Positions 28,948-41,290 of a stretch of DNA of 64,000 nucleotides are shown here, piece by piece. The translations under genes were made by a program, and so were the position numbers. Numbering within the stretch: position 1 is the stretch's first letter; the number at the start of each line of letters is the position of its first letter. The notes below the pieces were generated by a model. It was given only the letters and a program-made list of their open reading frames with translations. It had not been told where the DNA came from and ran no database searches. The stretch covers positions 33,604,001 to 33,668,000 of the forward strand of contig NC_043013.1 in NCBI RefSeq assembly GCF_006345805.1. Direction: 5' to 3'. The DNA comes from Octopus sinensis. Its lineage: Eukaryota.

Positions 28948-29132
28948 CGTTTGTTTGTGTGTCTGTGCTTGTTTCCTACCGATGCTGGTGTGTTTCCGTC
29001 GCCGTAACATAGCGGGTCGGCAAAAGAAGCCGATAGATTAAGTAATAGGCTTACAAAGTCCTGAAGTCGATTTGTTCGACTAAAGGCGATGCCCCAGCAT
29101 GGTCGCAGTCAAATGACTAAATGACTGAAACA
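28731..29132 (+). mobile_element. SINE family A, full length
   Basis: Family head and tail. Confidence 0.9.
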
Positions 29133-29160
29133 ATAATATATACATATATATATATATGTA

Positions 29161-29200
<40 letters not shown>

Positions 29201-29225
29201 GATAGATAGATAGATAGATAGATAG

Positions 29226-29290
<65 letters not shown>

Positions 29291-30304
29291 CACAGTCATA
29301 TATATATATGTGTGTGTATATACACACACATATATATGTGTATGCATGTATGTAGATTTTGGCATAGCACACGCCAAAGATGACAACTTATTTTCCCTCC
29401 CCGACAAAGCTTTTTAATGAAATAGGTGATGCCTGTGGTGATTATAATTAAGTTCTAGATGTACAGAAAGAAAATGCTTTATGAATGATCCCCTGGTTTC
29501 CTTGGTGAAAGCATTCACATTCTAAAATGTTTGAGAACTGTCTTGTATGTGTCACATGAGTGTAAAATACCTTATGCTCAGCTCATTGCAGAACCCCACA
29601 TGATGCATAGGACAGTGATACAATATGAGACGGTATCAATTTCATCAGAACTTCTACTCAGAAACCTTTTAATTTCACAAACTATCTTAGCATCAAGCTA
29701 GTTGACTTCATCTACCGAGTCATAATTTCCCTTCGCTACGACATCTTCAGGATATATATGTTTCCAAGCACAAATTCCAAATAACTGTAGTTACGAATAA
29801 AACTGCCATTGATTTATCTACAGCAACCACTAAACTGTTTTGGCTGCTCTTGTCGCATAAATCATTAAGCAAATTAAATTCAAATGAAAATAAATATATA
29901 TCTGATAATAAAGGACTACAATTTACTTCTCTCAGAATATCTTTAATTTGTTTAACTGTACACCCCAATATAACAATGCATGGTCTACGATCGATAAAAC
30001 TAACCACCTATATTATATAATTTCCGAGTTTCCTAACTATAGTTATGTAACAATTTGTGCCTGAGATTTTGAGATCTTTTTTGTTTTATTTGCAACAATA
30101 AGCAAGTGTGGACGTAATGAAACCATCGCAATGTTTCGCCCTTGCTTTTTGTCTATTAATTCTTTGACAGCTTTTATGTTTTTAACACTGCTGATATCAC
30201 CATATTTAATCCTACTGCACAAGTGTCGAAATCATAATGATATCCGTCAGATATATTTACTTCTTGACTATGACTTATTTGTATCTTCATGTATTGTGAT
30301 TCTA

Positions 30305-30870
30305 TTGCGTTGTCCGGAAAGTTCGTGCCGATTTTTAAAGGAAAGAAAAAGGTCAATAAATACTTGCCATTACATTTTTAATCAACAAATACAAACCATT
30401 TTGCTGCACAATGCGTCTCCATCTTTCCTTTAACTTGAAAATAACCTCTTCCCAGAATTGAGGGGGTTTCATGGCAAAGAATTCATCAAGGTATCTTTTT
30501 ACGTCATCCAAGGAATTGAAATTTTTACCATTAAGACTATTCTGCAGAGACCTGAATAAGTACAAATCCGAAGGAGCAATATCTGGTGAATGTGGGGGGC
30601 GGGGTAACACAGCCCAGCCGAGCTGCAGCAATTTTTTACTGGTCCCCAAAGCATCAAGTGCCGAAAATGAACTTTCTTATCTTCCATTTTAAAAGGTTAC
30701 AGAATTAACACGAGTTTTAGGAACATAAACCTTCTTCCACGAAAAGACAGCTAAAACTGTGCTCTAAATGGAGTTGTAGTCAAATCCTATTTTATGGACT
30801 CAACCATGTTCTACAATATGTGGAAAGTTAAGCTATTATAAATCGGCACGAACTTTCCGGACAACCCTAA
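30305..30870 (-). mobile_element. Internally deleted mariner element
   Basis: TIRs GTTGTCCGGAAAGTTCGTGCCGATTT at both ends. N-terminus MEDKKVHFRHLMLW is fused out of frame to the C-terminus WAVLPRPPHSPDIAPSDLYLFRSLQNSLNGKNF..KLKERWRRIVQQNG (HPPYSPDLAPSD-type motif). Confidence 0.9.
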
Positions 30871-32286
30871 AATTTGTCTTTCATTGAAATTTTAGTCTTT
30901 GTATGGTTTATCATGTTCAGAGGTTCTTTGTTTCTTGGTATATGGTGTTTTCGTTGATTATATTATGCCATACAATGAAACTGCATGATTGCACTTGATT
31001 GGAATAATAATTCAGGTGGGAAAATGTAATACTTGCAATCGGGTCTCTGGTTTATGGAGGTATTGCACACACACGCGCTCTCACAAACACACACACACAT
31101 ACAAACACACACACATGTGCGCGTATATGATATTCAAATATAAAATCATTACACAAATGCATTAACAAATGAATATGCAAATTCACATAAATTATTGAAC
31201 GGATGGTAATATGTCTTCAATCCACCACTTTCTGGTTGGGTATTCTCACTGAAATTACCAAATTGTGCAACTTTTGCACAATTAATATGCACCGAATATT
31301 GCACAATTAATATGCACCAATATTGCACAATTAATAGCCAACAAGTATTTATCCTCTTTCTACATGTTCAATGGTTTTAGTGTCCTTAACAACCAACAGT
31401 CAAATGCATCGTTGATCATCACTGCTGAAAGCTTCTCTACGCTATGATATTAGTTGTTGATTTTGCTGTAATATAGCTCTGACAAGATTTTATTAATAAA
31501 GCATACCTATGATCGTAATCGATCTGTATTGCGGGTATAAATAATGGAATGTCATCATAAATATATTTTAAAACATTCTTATTCGTTGTCTGAATATGTA
31601 TTAAGACATTTCACTCAATGTATTGAATTAAGATCTGAAATGTAATGAAATAGTAAGCAATTTAAAAATCAAACTGCCGCTTATAGAAACGGTAGCCCAT
31701 TTGTCTTGCTCTGTAGCATGTAAGAGAAGTTTCCGCATCATGCACTTCACCGCTATTATATAATATTTATAACTGCAAATAGAATATTTAAGAGAATGTA
31801 CAAACAATCAACTGCTGGTCTAGTTGCTCTGTATATTATTTATAAAGTATTTATACGAGTGGTCATCTCTATTTACAGTCTGATGATCATGACAAAACTA
31901 TTTCTCATTGTATAAATAGAAAATATCTACCCTACTGGATTTAAACATATAATTTCAACTGGGACACATTTTAAATTCTGCGAGCGTGACGGTAAGTAAT
32001 CCATTCATAGGTCAAAAGGCTGGTGTATTTATAATGGGAATTCAAATTTATGTATTAAATTGCTGACATATTTTTCTTTATCCTTACATTTCGCATACTG
32101 TATAGTTTTTTCAGGTCGATGTTTTAGATAGAATTACAGTAATATAACCATGTATTATATTTGGTATTTGCAGCCTAATATTAAGAATATACTTTTTTGC
32201 AAGCAACCATGAATGTTGCAAATCGCATTCATAGCCAAAACCTCGTTTTGCAAAATTTTAACAATAAAATAAATGCGCCCTTTTAA

Positions 32287-32516
32287 AGCCTAGCCAGGCT
32301 CATGAGCCCGGTTTCCCGGTTTCAATGACGTATGTGTTTCCTAGCTGGACGGGACTCCAGTCCATCGCAGCGTTACTCATTTTTGCCAGCTGAGTGAACT
32401 GGAACAACGTGATACGAAGTGTTTTGCTCAAGAACACAACGCGTCGCCCGGTCCAAGAATCGAAACCACAATCTTACGATCATGATGCTGACACCCTAAC
32501 CACTAAGCCACGCCCC
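32287..32516 (-). mobile_element. SINE family C variant with alternative tail
   Basis: Shares head and core with 28261-28576 up to CTCAGCTGGCAAAAATGAGT, then an unrelated tail. Confidence 0.8.
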
Positions 32517-33201
32517 TTCACCTTGCAAAATTTTACATAGCTTTAAAAGATGGTATTCCGAACATATCTGTACTTTCAAAAACCTGAAAGACAGAACGCA
32601 AATTCATCCAAGTATATTTTGTACGCCGTGGACAGAAAAACCTCGCGTTTCACTTTCACCTTTGTCCTACTATATTATCGCAGAAACTTTCCATCTACTT
32701 TCAAAAGTTTATTTTATTTTCATTTCTATATTTATTTTCTCTTGTTATTATGTGCTTTGGAAACTTTCGACATACAATATAAATCGTATTCCAAATACAT
32801 TTAACAAGATTTCGGCATGTTAAAAATAGTAGAATCTCGTATTCCAAGATATTGTGCGAAAACCTTACTGAAAAATCTTTTTAATTATTCATTGGCTAAT
32901 AGATCTTTTCTATTTAATGCGAAACATTTCAAATGAAGCTACTTAAAGTAGCCACGTGGTACGATAGCCCATATTTGCTTTGTATCAAGAATAAGAAGTT
33001 GGTAGCTTACATTTATACTTCAAATGCATAGTCGTAAAGTCGCCGCCCCAGGAGAGACATAATTTATATGAATAATTTTTTTCTATCTCATCAGGAAACA
33101 AGTATCTGACAAACATTAATTATGATGTACCCTGTGGTGTATGCATCCGTTTTATTTTTTATCAAATATATTACACACACATATATATGATATATGATAT
33201 A

Positions 33202-33237
<36 letters not shown>

Positions 33238-33355
33238 GTATAAATTCTGTTTGTAGGTGATTCGCATTAAGTGTTATGCATGCATGTATCTATATGAACA
33301 ACTCCCTATGATTAATTATGCTGTATCCCGTGGAGCATGTATGCGAATTGTAACC

Positions 33356-33415
<60 letters not shown>

Positions 33416-33973
33416 ACAAGTGTGTATGTATGAATATGTGTATGAATATAGATAATATAATGTAATATAATTCCAAGAATATTTATATACAATTCCAAGA
33501 AACCTACATACTCTACAGGGTACAACATAATTGGTCTCAGCGAGGCATTTATATTAATACACATACATTTACAAATATGTACACATACTTAGATTTTTAA
33601 CTGATATGAGAGAAGTAAGACTGTTATGGATATAAATGCAGGAATAATAAAGAACATAAAATGAATTTAATCGATATTTATTAAATTAAACTCTTGATTT
33701 TTTTACCATTTCATAAACCTCTGGGTCTTACACACTGATTGAAGAGCTATTGTGTAAAATAAAAGAACGTAACACCCGCTAGAATTAAAAGACTTTCAAA
33801 ATGGTCGACATAGGTGGTCGGGTTTGGAATTTAAGTCGACTTCATCATCTGGTACTCTGCTCGATCAACAGAACAGCCTGCCCTAGAATCAATCTCAGAA
33901 TCATGGATGCCATTAGTATAAACAAATTGAGACCAATCATTGCCAACAGGAAGACACTACGCTAAGCAGACTG

Positions 33974-34005
33974 GTTGCTATAGCGACACCTGTCTGCGCA
34001 TGTCA
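33974..34005. promoter_or_regulatory. Candidate RFX X-box plus NRF1-like half site
   Basis: GTTGCTATAGCGAC (one mismatch to GTTGCTATAGCAAC) followed by TGCGCATGTC in repeat-free DNA. Motif match only. Confidence 0.25.
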
Positions 34006-34084
34006 CTTTCCTCCTTCCTCCCATTTCCTTCTTACTCCCCCACACATCTCAGCTACAACTTTTGTAAACTTCCGTTTTTTTCTA

Positions 34085-34125
34085 AATGTCCTGAAGAGGG
34101 GAGATAACCCCGAAATATAGAAATA
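34085..34125 (+). ncRNA. Minimal hammerhead-like motif
   Basis: CTGAAGA-GGGG-agataa-CCCC-GAA-ATAT-A, with imperfect helix I (aatgtc/gaaata). Confidence 0.4.
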
Positions 34126-34258
34126 CAAGGTAAAACTGCAACTTTGTTTTCTTTTCTTTTCCTTTTGTAGTTTACTTCGTACCATTTCGCATTGTTCCGG
34201 CCTTACACAACAAACCTTTTCAAAGTTATACCACAGAATGCTTCACCAAAGCTATTTA

Positions 34259-34300
<42 letters not shown>

Positions 34301-34447
34301 GGATCAAAACAGTTTGATTCAAATTCTTTGGTACATCGGTTTTCAAAGAGTAACGCTAATCCTTAGCCATTGAAATTTGAATTGTTGAGGATTAACACGC
34401 TTTGAAACTCGAAGTGCCAAGGAAATCAGATCAAACTGTTTTGATCC
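34301..34447. mobile_element. Foldback hairpin / short MITE
   Basis: Perfect outer arms GGATCAAAACAGTTTGAT/ATCAAACTGTTTTGATCC, imperfect pairing inward, TA-rich flanks. Confidence 0.7.
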
Positions 34448-34499
34448 ATACATGGATCAATGTGTGTTGAATGCCTTTCTTTCGTTTGTTCACTCATTC

Positions 34500-34580
<81 letters not shown>

Positions 34581-35242
34581 ATTATATTATATACATTTTG
34601 TTACCGGTTTCAGTCCTTGCGTTGTGGTTATGCTGGAGCAGAGCCGCTATGCGGTTGATAATCAAGTCTAGTAATTTCCTTTATCGCAGTCTCTAAGCCC
34701 TTAGTGACGAGATAGTATGTACTGTGCAAGTAACAGGCACAGACACTCTCGCACACGCACACACACACACCACACACACACACACACATGCATACATATA
34801 TAAGAAAGAGAGTGAGACATACATTCAAATATATATGCATGTATATATGGAACAAGTCGTCAGGGGCACATGGCCTAGTGTTTGGGATCTTGCACATGCG
34901 ATTGTAGTTTCATACACATCATAGCTCCTTGCTTTGTTATCAGTTGGATAATTGACGTGTGGGATTTCGTGCACCTTTTCAGGCAACATCGAAGTGTTTG
35001 GGCGTGGAACTAACGTACAGCACGTGCATTTGAACATTTGTGTAGGTTGTTCATCAAAAATTTGCAAAATCGTCTTTCTCGGACTACGAGAGACCACCGC
35101 CGTCATAGAATGAGACATAGAAAGTGAAAACGAGTGAACTAAGGAGAGATACAGACAGACAGATTCAGACAAAGACAGACAGACAGAAGCATAAAGTGAA
35201 ACAGAAAGACAGGTAGCCAAATAGATAGACAAACCAAATGAT

Positions 35243-35354
<112 letters not shown>

Positions 35355-36579
35355 GCTGGCAGATAGACAGATAGGCTGACATATCAAACAAGGGAAAGAA
35401 CATATATAAAAAAAAAACAGAAACATAGATACAGGTAGGAACAGAGCTGGATTTTACTAAATTAAATTCCTCTCTTTGCATCCTCGGACCAAATTATGTT
35501 GATGAAATTTGAATTTACCTCGTAGGAAAATTTCTCAGGTTTCTTGATTTTCACCTGGTATCAGCCACATTCGACTGATTTTTCCCCAAACTATCAGTAT
35601 GCTCACACAGATTTCTCATTTAAGATCATAACCATCCGTCTCTATATGTTGTCATAGCTAATATATTACATGAAGGACATCTTCCTATTATTGCGGCAGT
35701 TTTCCGGATAACTGCGCATAGTAGCTGCTGGCTGGCTCAGCACCTGTTTTTCGTGTAAAAGAAAGAATTTGAAGAAATGAAAAGCATTTCTGTTTGATAA
35801 TTTTAAGGGACGAAACACCCAACGCTTACTCAAATTTAATTTACTTTATATTCCATATTTCTTCTCTTGTTTGTATCTATAAACAGTGTTTCTGCATGTA
35901 TCTTCAGGATAAAGCCAATTCACTTTAAAACAGGTAGATTTATAAAGTAGAAGAGAAAATGGAAAGCAGGAAGTTACAATCATACATGTATTTAGGTATT
36001 GAAAGAGAAACGGATACAGAGGATATGAAATGGAGTTGGATATATTCAATTCATATTGGTAAAGTTTTAAAACTGTTTATAATGTGCAGGGATTGTATAT
36101 ATTTCATTGTTCGTGTAGTAAGCTACGAGATTCTTACATTCTTTGGGTTGCATATTTATTGTCTGATAGATCAAAATTAGTCCACTAAGGCTTAGCATCA
36201 CCTAGTGTAGATATTCTTTTGTTGCTATCAACCATTTGATAGTGTTTCTGAATCACCCAAATGAACCGGCTACATCCGCACATGGTATACTTATGTAAAC
36301 AATGTAATATCCTCGTAGACAGAGAATGAATGATGAGCCGGACCGATTTCAGTTCTTCAGTTGGGAATCAAGCATTTATCCTAATGGAAGCATGGAAACT
36401 AAAGGCGTATGCTAGTCAAGTGCATTACATCTGTCGACACACAATGTTAGATAGCAATCTTTAGTTTTATTCTATTGCACATCGCATTATTAACACACCA
36501 TATTGTTAGAAAATATTGTTGATGTACAAGTAATTTATTGTATACATGTATATATATACACAAAAATATGTATATACAC

Positions 36580-36617
<38 letters not shown>

Positions 36618-36815
36618 ATGTGTATATGTGAATATGTATATATCTATATATATATATCAGAAATATAAAATTTCTAAATATCTCATAGATATATGTACGG
36701 TGGTGGGGCGATAGAGTGGTTGTATACTGTCAACTTAACGTGACAGTAAGGGAATTACACCACCGCTGTTTGGCCCTAGAAAGCATCAACGCTTTCTGTC
36801 GGCCTTGACAAAGAA

Positions 36816-36859
<44 letters not shown>

Positions 36860-36863
36860 CAAA

Positions 36864-37065
36864 AACAAAAGCTGTTACTCATAGTTTCACGTTCCCGTTC
36901 GTCGAACAGTTTTCTAAAAAAAAACTGTCCGACGGACGGGAACGTGAAACACTGAGTAACAGCTTTTTGTTATATTTCTGCTGCTTTTAAATAAACCATA
37001 TTACTCTACCTCTGGTATTTGAGTACTCTATTTTCCACCTTGTTTCACATTTATGTGTTTACTCT
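36864..37065 (+). mobile_element. PLE-type pLTR with hammerhead and inverted 5' partial copy
   Basis: About 50-bp inverted repeat (36864-36913 / 36921-36971). The right arm folds as ctgt-CCGACGG-acg-ggaa-cgt-GAA-AC-actga-GT-A-acag. Downstream AATAAA, then (TA)n. Confidence 0.7.
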
Positions 37066-37075
37066 GATATATATA

Positions 37076-37104
<29 letters not shown>

Positions 37105-37114
<10 letters not shown>

Positions 37115-37300
37115 ATCCAAACAAGAAAACACAGAAAAAAAACACAGCAACGCGAGGACGTGGAACAATTAAAGTATTATTTGACGCTCAGGAAAGAAGG
37201 GAAGGAGGGTTTAACGTTTCGAGCGGAGCTCTTCGTCGGAAACAAAGGAGAAGGAAAGATCCCGAGAAGGGAAGACAGAGGAAAAAATATTTTTGCTGGT
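37105..37300 (-). mobile_element. PLE-type pLTR with hammerhead (second copy at 52470-52675)
   Basis: Minus strand 37177-37246: tttgttt-CCGACGA-A-GAGC-tcc-GCTC-GAA-ACGTT..AGCGT-C-aaataa (GTC triplet). Confidence 0.7.
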
Positions 37301-37373
37301 GGTGCTCAAGAGATCACACACACACACACACACACACCACACACACATATATATATATATATATATAATATAT

Positions 37374-37404
<31 letters not shown>

Positions 37405-38600
37405 TATACATACACCTATGTTCTAGGTGCATTTCTGCACGTTTACTCTTTTCTTGCCGCCGTTTGTTTTGCAGTTTAATTAAATTGATTACGCAGTATC
37501 ATCAAACGCAATTTTCTCGTCTACTGAACTTTCAATTCTTCAGATCATCTTTGAAATCCGAACCTTCGATGATTTTATTCACTTTCAATCCTATTTCCGT
37601 TTCTCAGGCCCCTTTTAAATCTCTACTACATAATCTGTTTCATATCTAAACTTTTTCCTATTCCTTACCAACTGCCAGATATTATTACTGCCTCACCAAA
37701 ACCATTGATCGCCGCATTTTCTTGCATTAAATATACCAACACTCAGTAACGCATATAAATAGAGACACACATACAAAGCAGGCATACATATATGTGTGTA
37801 TATGCACGTATATACAGCGAAATAGAGAGGGAAACAGAGAGAGGAAGTGAGAGAGACATATTAATGTACGCCATATATTTTGTGTAACACATCTTTATGG
37901 ATCCCGTATAGGAACTAAACTAACCAGTATTTATTTCCTTAATACGTGTTAAACACCTGGGGCTTGCACCATCTTATCGAAATGACACTTAACACTGAAT
38001 AATAATTGCGTCGTAGTCGTGTATAATTATAATTTAAAGTCTTGCTTCGTTACTCCCGCTTCATATATGTACCCACCTCATACACCACACAACTCACAAC
38101 ACAAACTACATAACTACGCACCCTTAGCCCTCTCTGACTAGCCACTAGCTCGATGAGACCGTCCACATACGTCCAAAGCCGCCTCTGTCGCCCAAAACTA
38201 CGCACAACTGCCCCTAAACCGCCCCACTGTTAGCTGAAAATCTGCCGGGGGCAAAATGCGTAGAGTTTGCATATCATGTCATGTTCTTCTCACTAAGCGA
38301 TAACCTCGATTAATTGTTTTTGTCGTTATTGTGAAGCCTTAAAAGAAACAACCATTCCACGATTGGTCTGTGGAAGAAAAGAATTGAGGTTCGAGAGAAA
38401 TATAGAAGGGAACAAAGTGAGTAGGATAAAGAGTGAAGGAGTGATAGACAGAGACAGGGAGAGAGAGAGAAAGAAAGAAAGAAATTAAGGGAGGAGAGAT
38501 AACTGGCTGGAGACACTATAAGAGTAGAGCTGGAGGGAAGAGAGAGAGAAGACAGAAACAAAGAAGTACATAGAAAGATGGTGAAAGCGGGCTATAGAAT

Positions 38601-38641
<41 letters not shown>

Positions 38642-39271
38642 AGAGAGAAAGAGAGAAAGAAAGAAACAGAGAGAGAGAGAAACAGAGAGGACGAGGAGGG
38701 TGGTAAAGTTAGCATTTTTGGAGTGAGATTCTTAGAGAAATTAAACAGGGAATGAATAGAAGAGACAGTGATATCGCGAGTCAAATTAGTTATATAGAAG
38801 AAAGATAAAAAGAGAATGGACAGAACTTTGGTTATTAATGAAGAGAAGGAAATTTATCTATCTATCTATCAATCAATGTCTTTCTGTCTCTCTCTCTCTC
38901 TCCTTGCATATATATATATATACATATGTGTGTGTATGTGTATGTGTATATGTACGCATAGACATGCATTTATACATACATACATGCATACATGCATGCT
39001 AGCACACATACATACATACATACATACATGCATACATGCATCCATACATACATGCATGCATACATACATACATACATACATGCATGCATACATACATACA
39101 TGCATACATACATACATACATGCATACATACATGCATACATACATACATACATACATACATACATACAAACGTACATACGTACATAGATGTATGCATCGT
39201 TATATATTTCGCCGTACAGGGCCTTGGCAATACTGGTTAATGTTTCTCATTGTTTTTCTATATATATATAG

Positions 39272-39447
39272 AACGTAACAAATCTCGTCTTAGCACGCAG
39301 TTGACAGGACCGAATATGGCCGACATACAACTGGCATTCTCTCTAGCCGCTGCTATCATGGTTTCCGTCTTTCTCCAATATATTACTTATGGCGGTGGTA
39401 TCTTTAAACACGGCATGTTCTGGGCGAATATCGCAATAAATTTACCA
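39272..39447 (+). CDS. Candidate coding exon of an unidentified membrane protein
   Basis: Acceptor ..ttttctatatatatatag|A and canonical donor CCA|GTATGT. Open frame with ATG at 39316 (aatATGG) giving MADIQLAFSLAAAIMVSVFLQYITYGGGIFKHGMFWANIAINLP (44 aa, hydrophobic, non-repetitive). All three minus-strand frames are closed. No homolog recognised. Confidence 0.5.
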
Positions 39448-39584
39448 GTATGTACATTAAATATGATACAAAAATGATTCTTTTTCTTTAACAATGTTTC
39501 ATTTATAAATAAAGGAGTTTATTCAGCTGGCTGTCTGTTTGTAGTGACAGTGAATACATAGACAAAATACTGTTTTTCTATATA

Positions 39585-39805
39585 TCTATTTCTTTACTAC
39601 CCACAAGGGGCTAAACACAGAGGGGACAAACAAGGACAGACAAAGGGATTAAGTCGATTACATCGACCCCAGTGCGTAACTGGTACTTAATTTATCGACC
39701 CCGAAAGAATGAAAGGCAAAGTCAGCCTCGGCGGAATTTGAATTCAGAACGTAACGGCAGACGAAATACCGCTAAGCCTTTCGCCCGGCGTGCTAACGAT
39801 TCTGA
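39585..39805 (-). mobile_element. SINE family B
   Basis: Well-conserved B body and tail. Confidence 0.9.
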
Positions 39806-40754
39806 GGTAAAAAAGTCATCTTACAATTGAACATTTACCTTCCGTTCCGATTTGAAAGAAAGCTACAAAATAAAAGCATTCGGTATTCAGTGTCTAAATT
39901 ATAGTCAGTACACTATTGGCCTCAGAACTTTATTGAACTCTTCTAATCTGTGTTCGACCTATAATCACAAATATCACTAGGTCATAATTTAAATACAACC
40001 GAAATTTTGTATTGCCCTACTCAAAACACCGAACCCTGTCTATGATATTCTAACGCCTCTGATGGATAAACAGACGGAAATGACAAATAACTCACCAGCC
40101 CATTAGCTGCACAGATCTCAACAATCAAGAATCAAAGAATGAGGCAATGGATAGAGTGTATAAATATCGGGTCGCACTCTACAATAGTTTAAATTTTAAA
40201 CAGTGGTATGACCTCAAACCCTTTTAAATACCGATTTCATTTTCACGGGTATTCGCTTCGGGGTTCTGGAGAAAATCAAACGAACGTCATTCACTTCGGA
40301 TATTTGGTTGTTAATGGGAAATTCGACACCGTTTCTTCTCAATTGGAAAATATTTGTTAGAGCTAACGCATACGTGCGTAACGATAATGATTGCCATCTT
40401 TGTACCATGCACGACTAACATAATCTTTTTGCTAAGATTCTAATAATCCACTGTGACACGCAAAATCTTTCTAGCTTGATTTATAGAAAATTCAAAGCAC
40501 AAAACGTTCCATATTGCTAGTATTGACGTATATCATTATATGCTCACGTGTCTACGTCTGTGACTATTCATTCAATATTTTATAATACTATCCAAACATT
40601 AAATGCTCTTCTTTCTGATTGGCTACTGTACTTCTGATCTAAATTCGTATAAGTTATCATTCACAATTTATATCTGCCTTAAACTAATTCGATTGTCTCA
40701 TGAGATACCAAAACATTACAGACTTTCTGTGAATGCTTGCGTGTGTGTGATTCG

Positions 40755-41005
40755 ATATGTTTCAGTCAATAGATTGTGGCCGTGCTGGGACACCGTCTTG
40801 AAGAATATTTTTTAGTCGAATTTAGCGACCTCAGTACGTTTTCTTGAAAGTCTGGTATTTATTCAATCAGTCACTTTTACCGAAACGCTAGCTTAAATTA
40901 CGAGGACGTAAACACACCACCACCAGTTGTCAAGCAGTAGTGGTTGGAGACAAACACAGACGCAAAGACACATACATGCATGCATACATACATACAACAT
41001 ACTTA

Positions 41006-41052
<47 letters not shown>

Positions 41053-41290
41053 TATACATATATATTCATACATACATACATACATACATACATACATGCA
41101 TACATACATACATACATATATGCATACATACATAAGACGGACTTCTTTCAGTTTCTGTCTACCAGACCCACTCACAAGGCTTTGGTTGGCCCGAGGTTAT
41201 AGAAGAAGACGCTTCCTCAAGGTGCCACGCAATAAGACTGAACCAGGAACCATGTGGCTGGGAAGAAAGCTTCTTACAACGCAGCCACTT
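40755..41290 (-). mobile_element. SINE family A with expanded internal microsatellite
   Basis: Family head and tail. Confidence 0.8.

Noticed and set aside
34946-35112. Open frames on both strands in a moderately GC-rich island
   Set aside because: No recognisable domain, weak splice sites, and it starts inside a decayed SINE C head.
35870-35915. CTGAAGA-TACATGCA-GAAAC on the minus strand as a hammerhead
   Set aside because: Helix II is broken and I found no convincing cleavage triplet or helix I. It may be a decayed relic but cannot be supported.
38150-38195. TCGATGA-GACCG..CGTC-CAAAG as a hammerhead; similar weak motifs near 5085-5120, 31876 and 50908
   Set aside because: Each needs two or more core mutations to be assumed, which is within chance for AT-rich DNA.
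40096-40408. Minus-strand exon ending ATGGGCTG|GTGAGT and the 64-aa ORF at 40214-40408
   Set aside because: The donor is good, but all frames from the upstream acceptor at about 40180 stop. The nearest strong downstream acceptor (about 38365) would create TGA, and no homolog was recognised.
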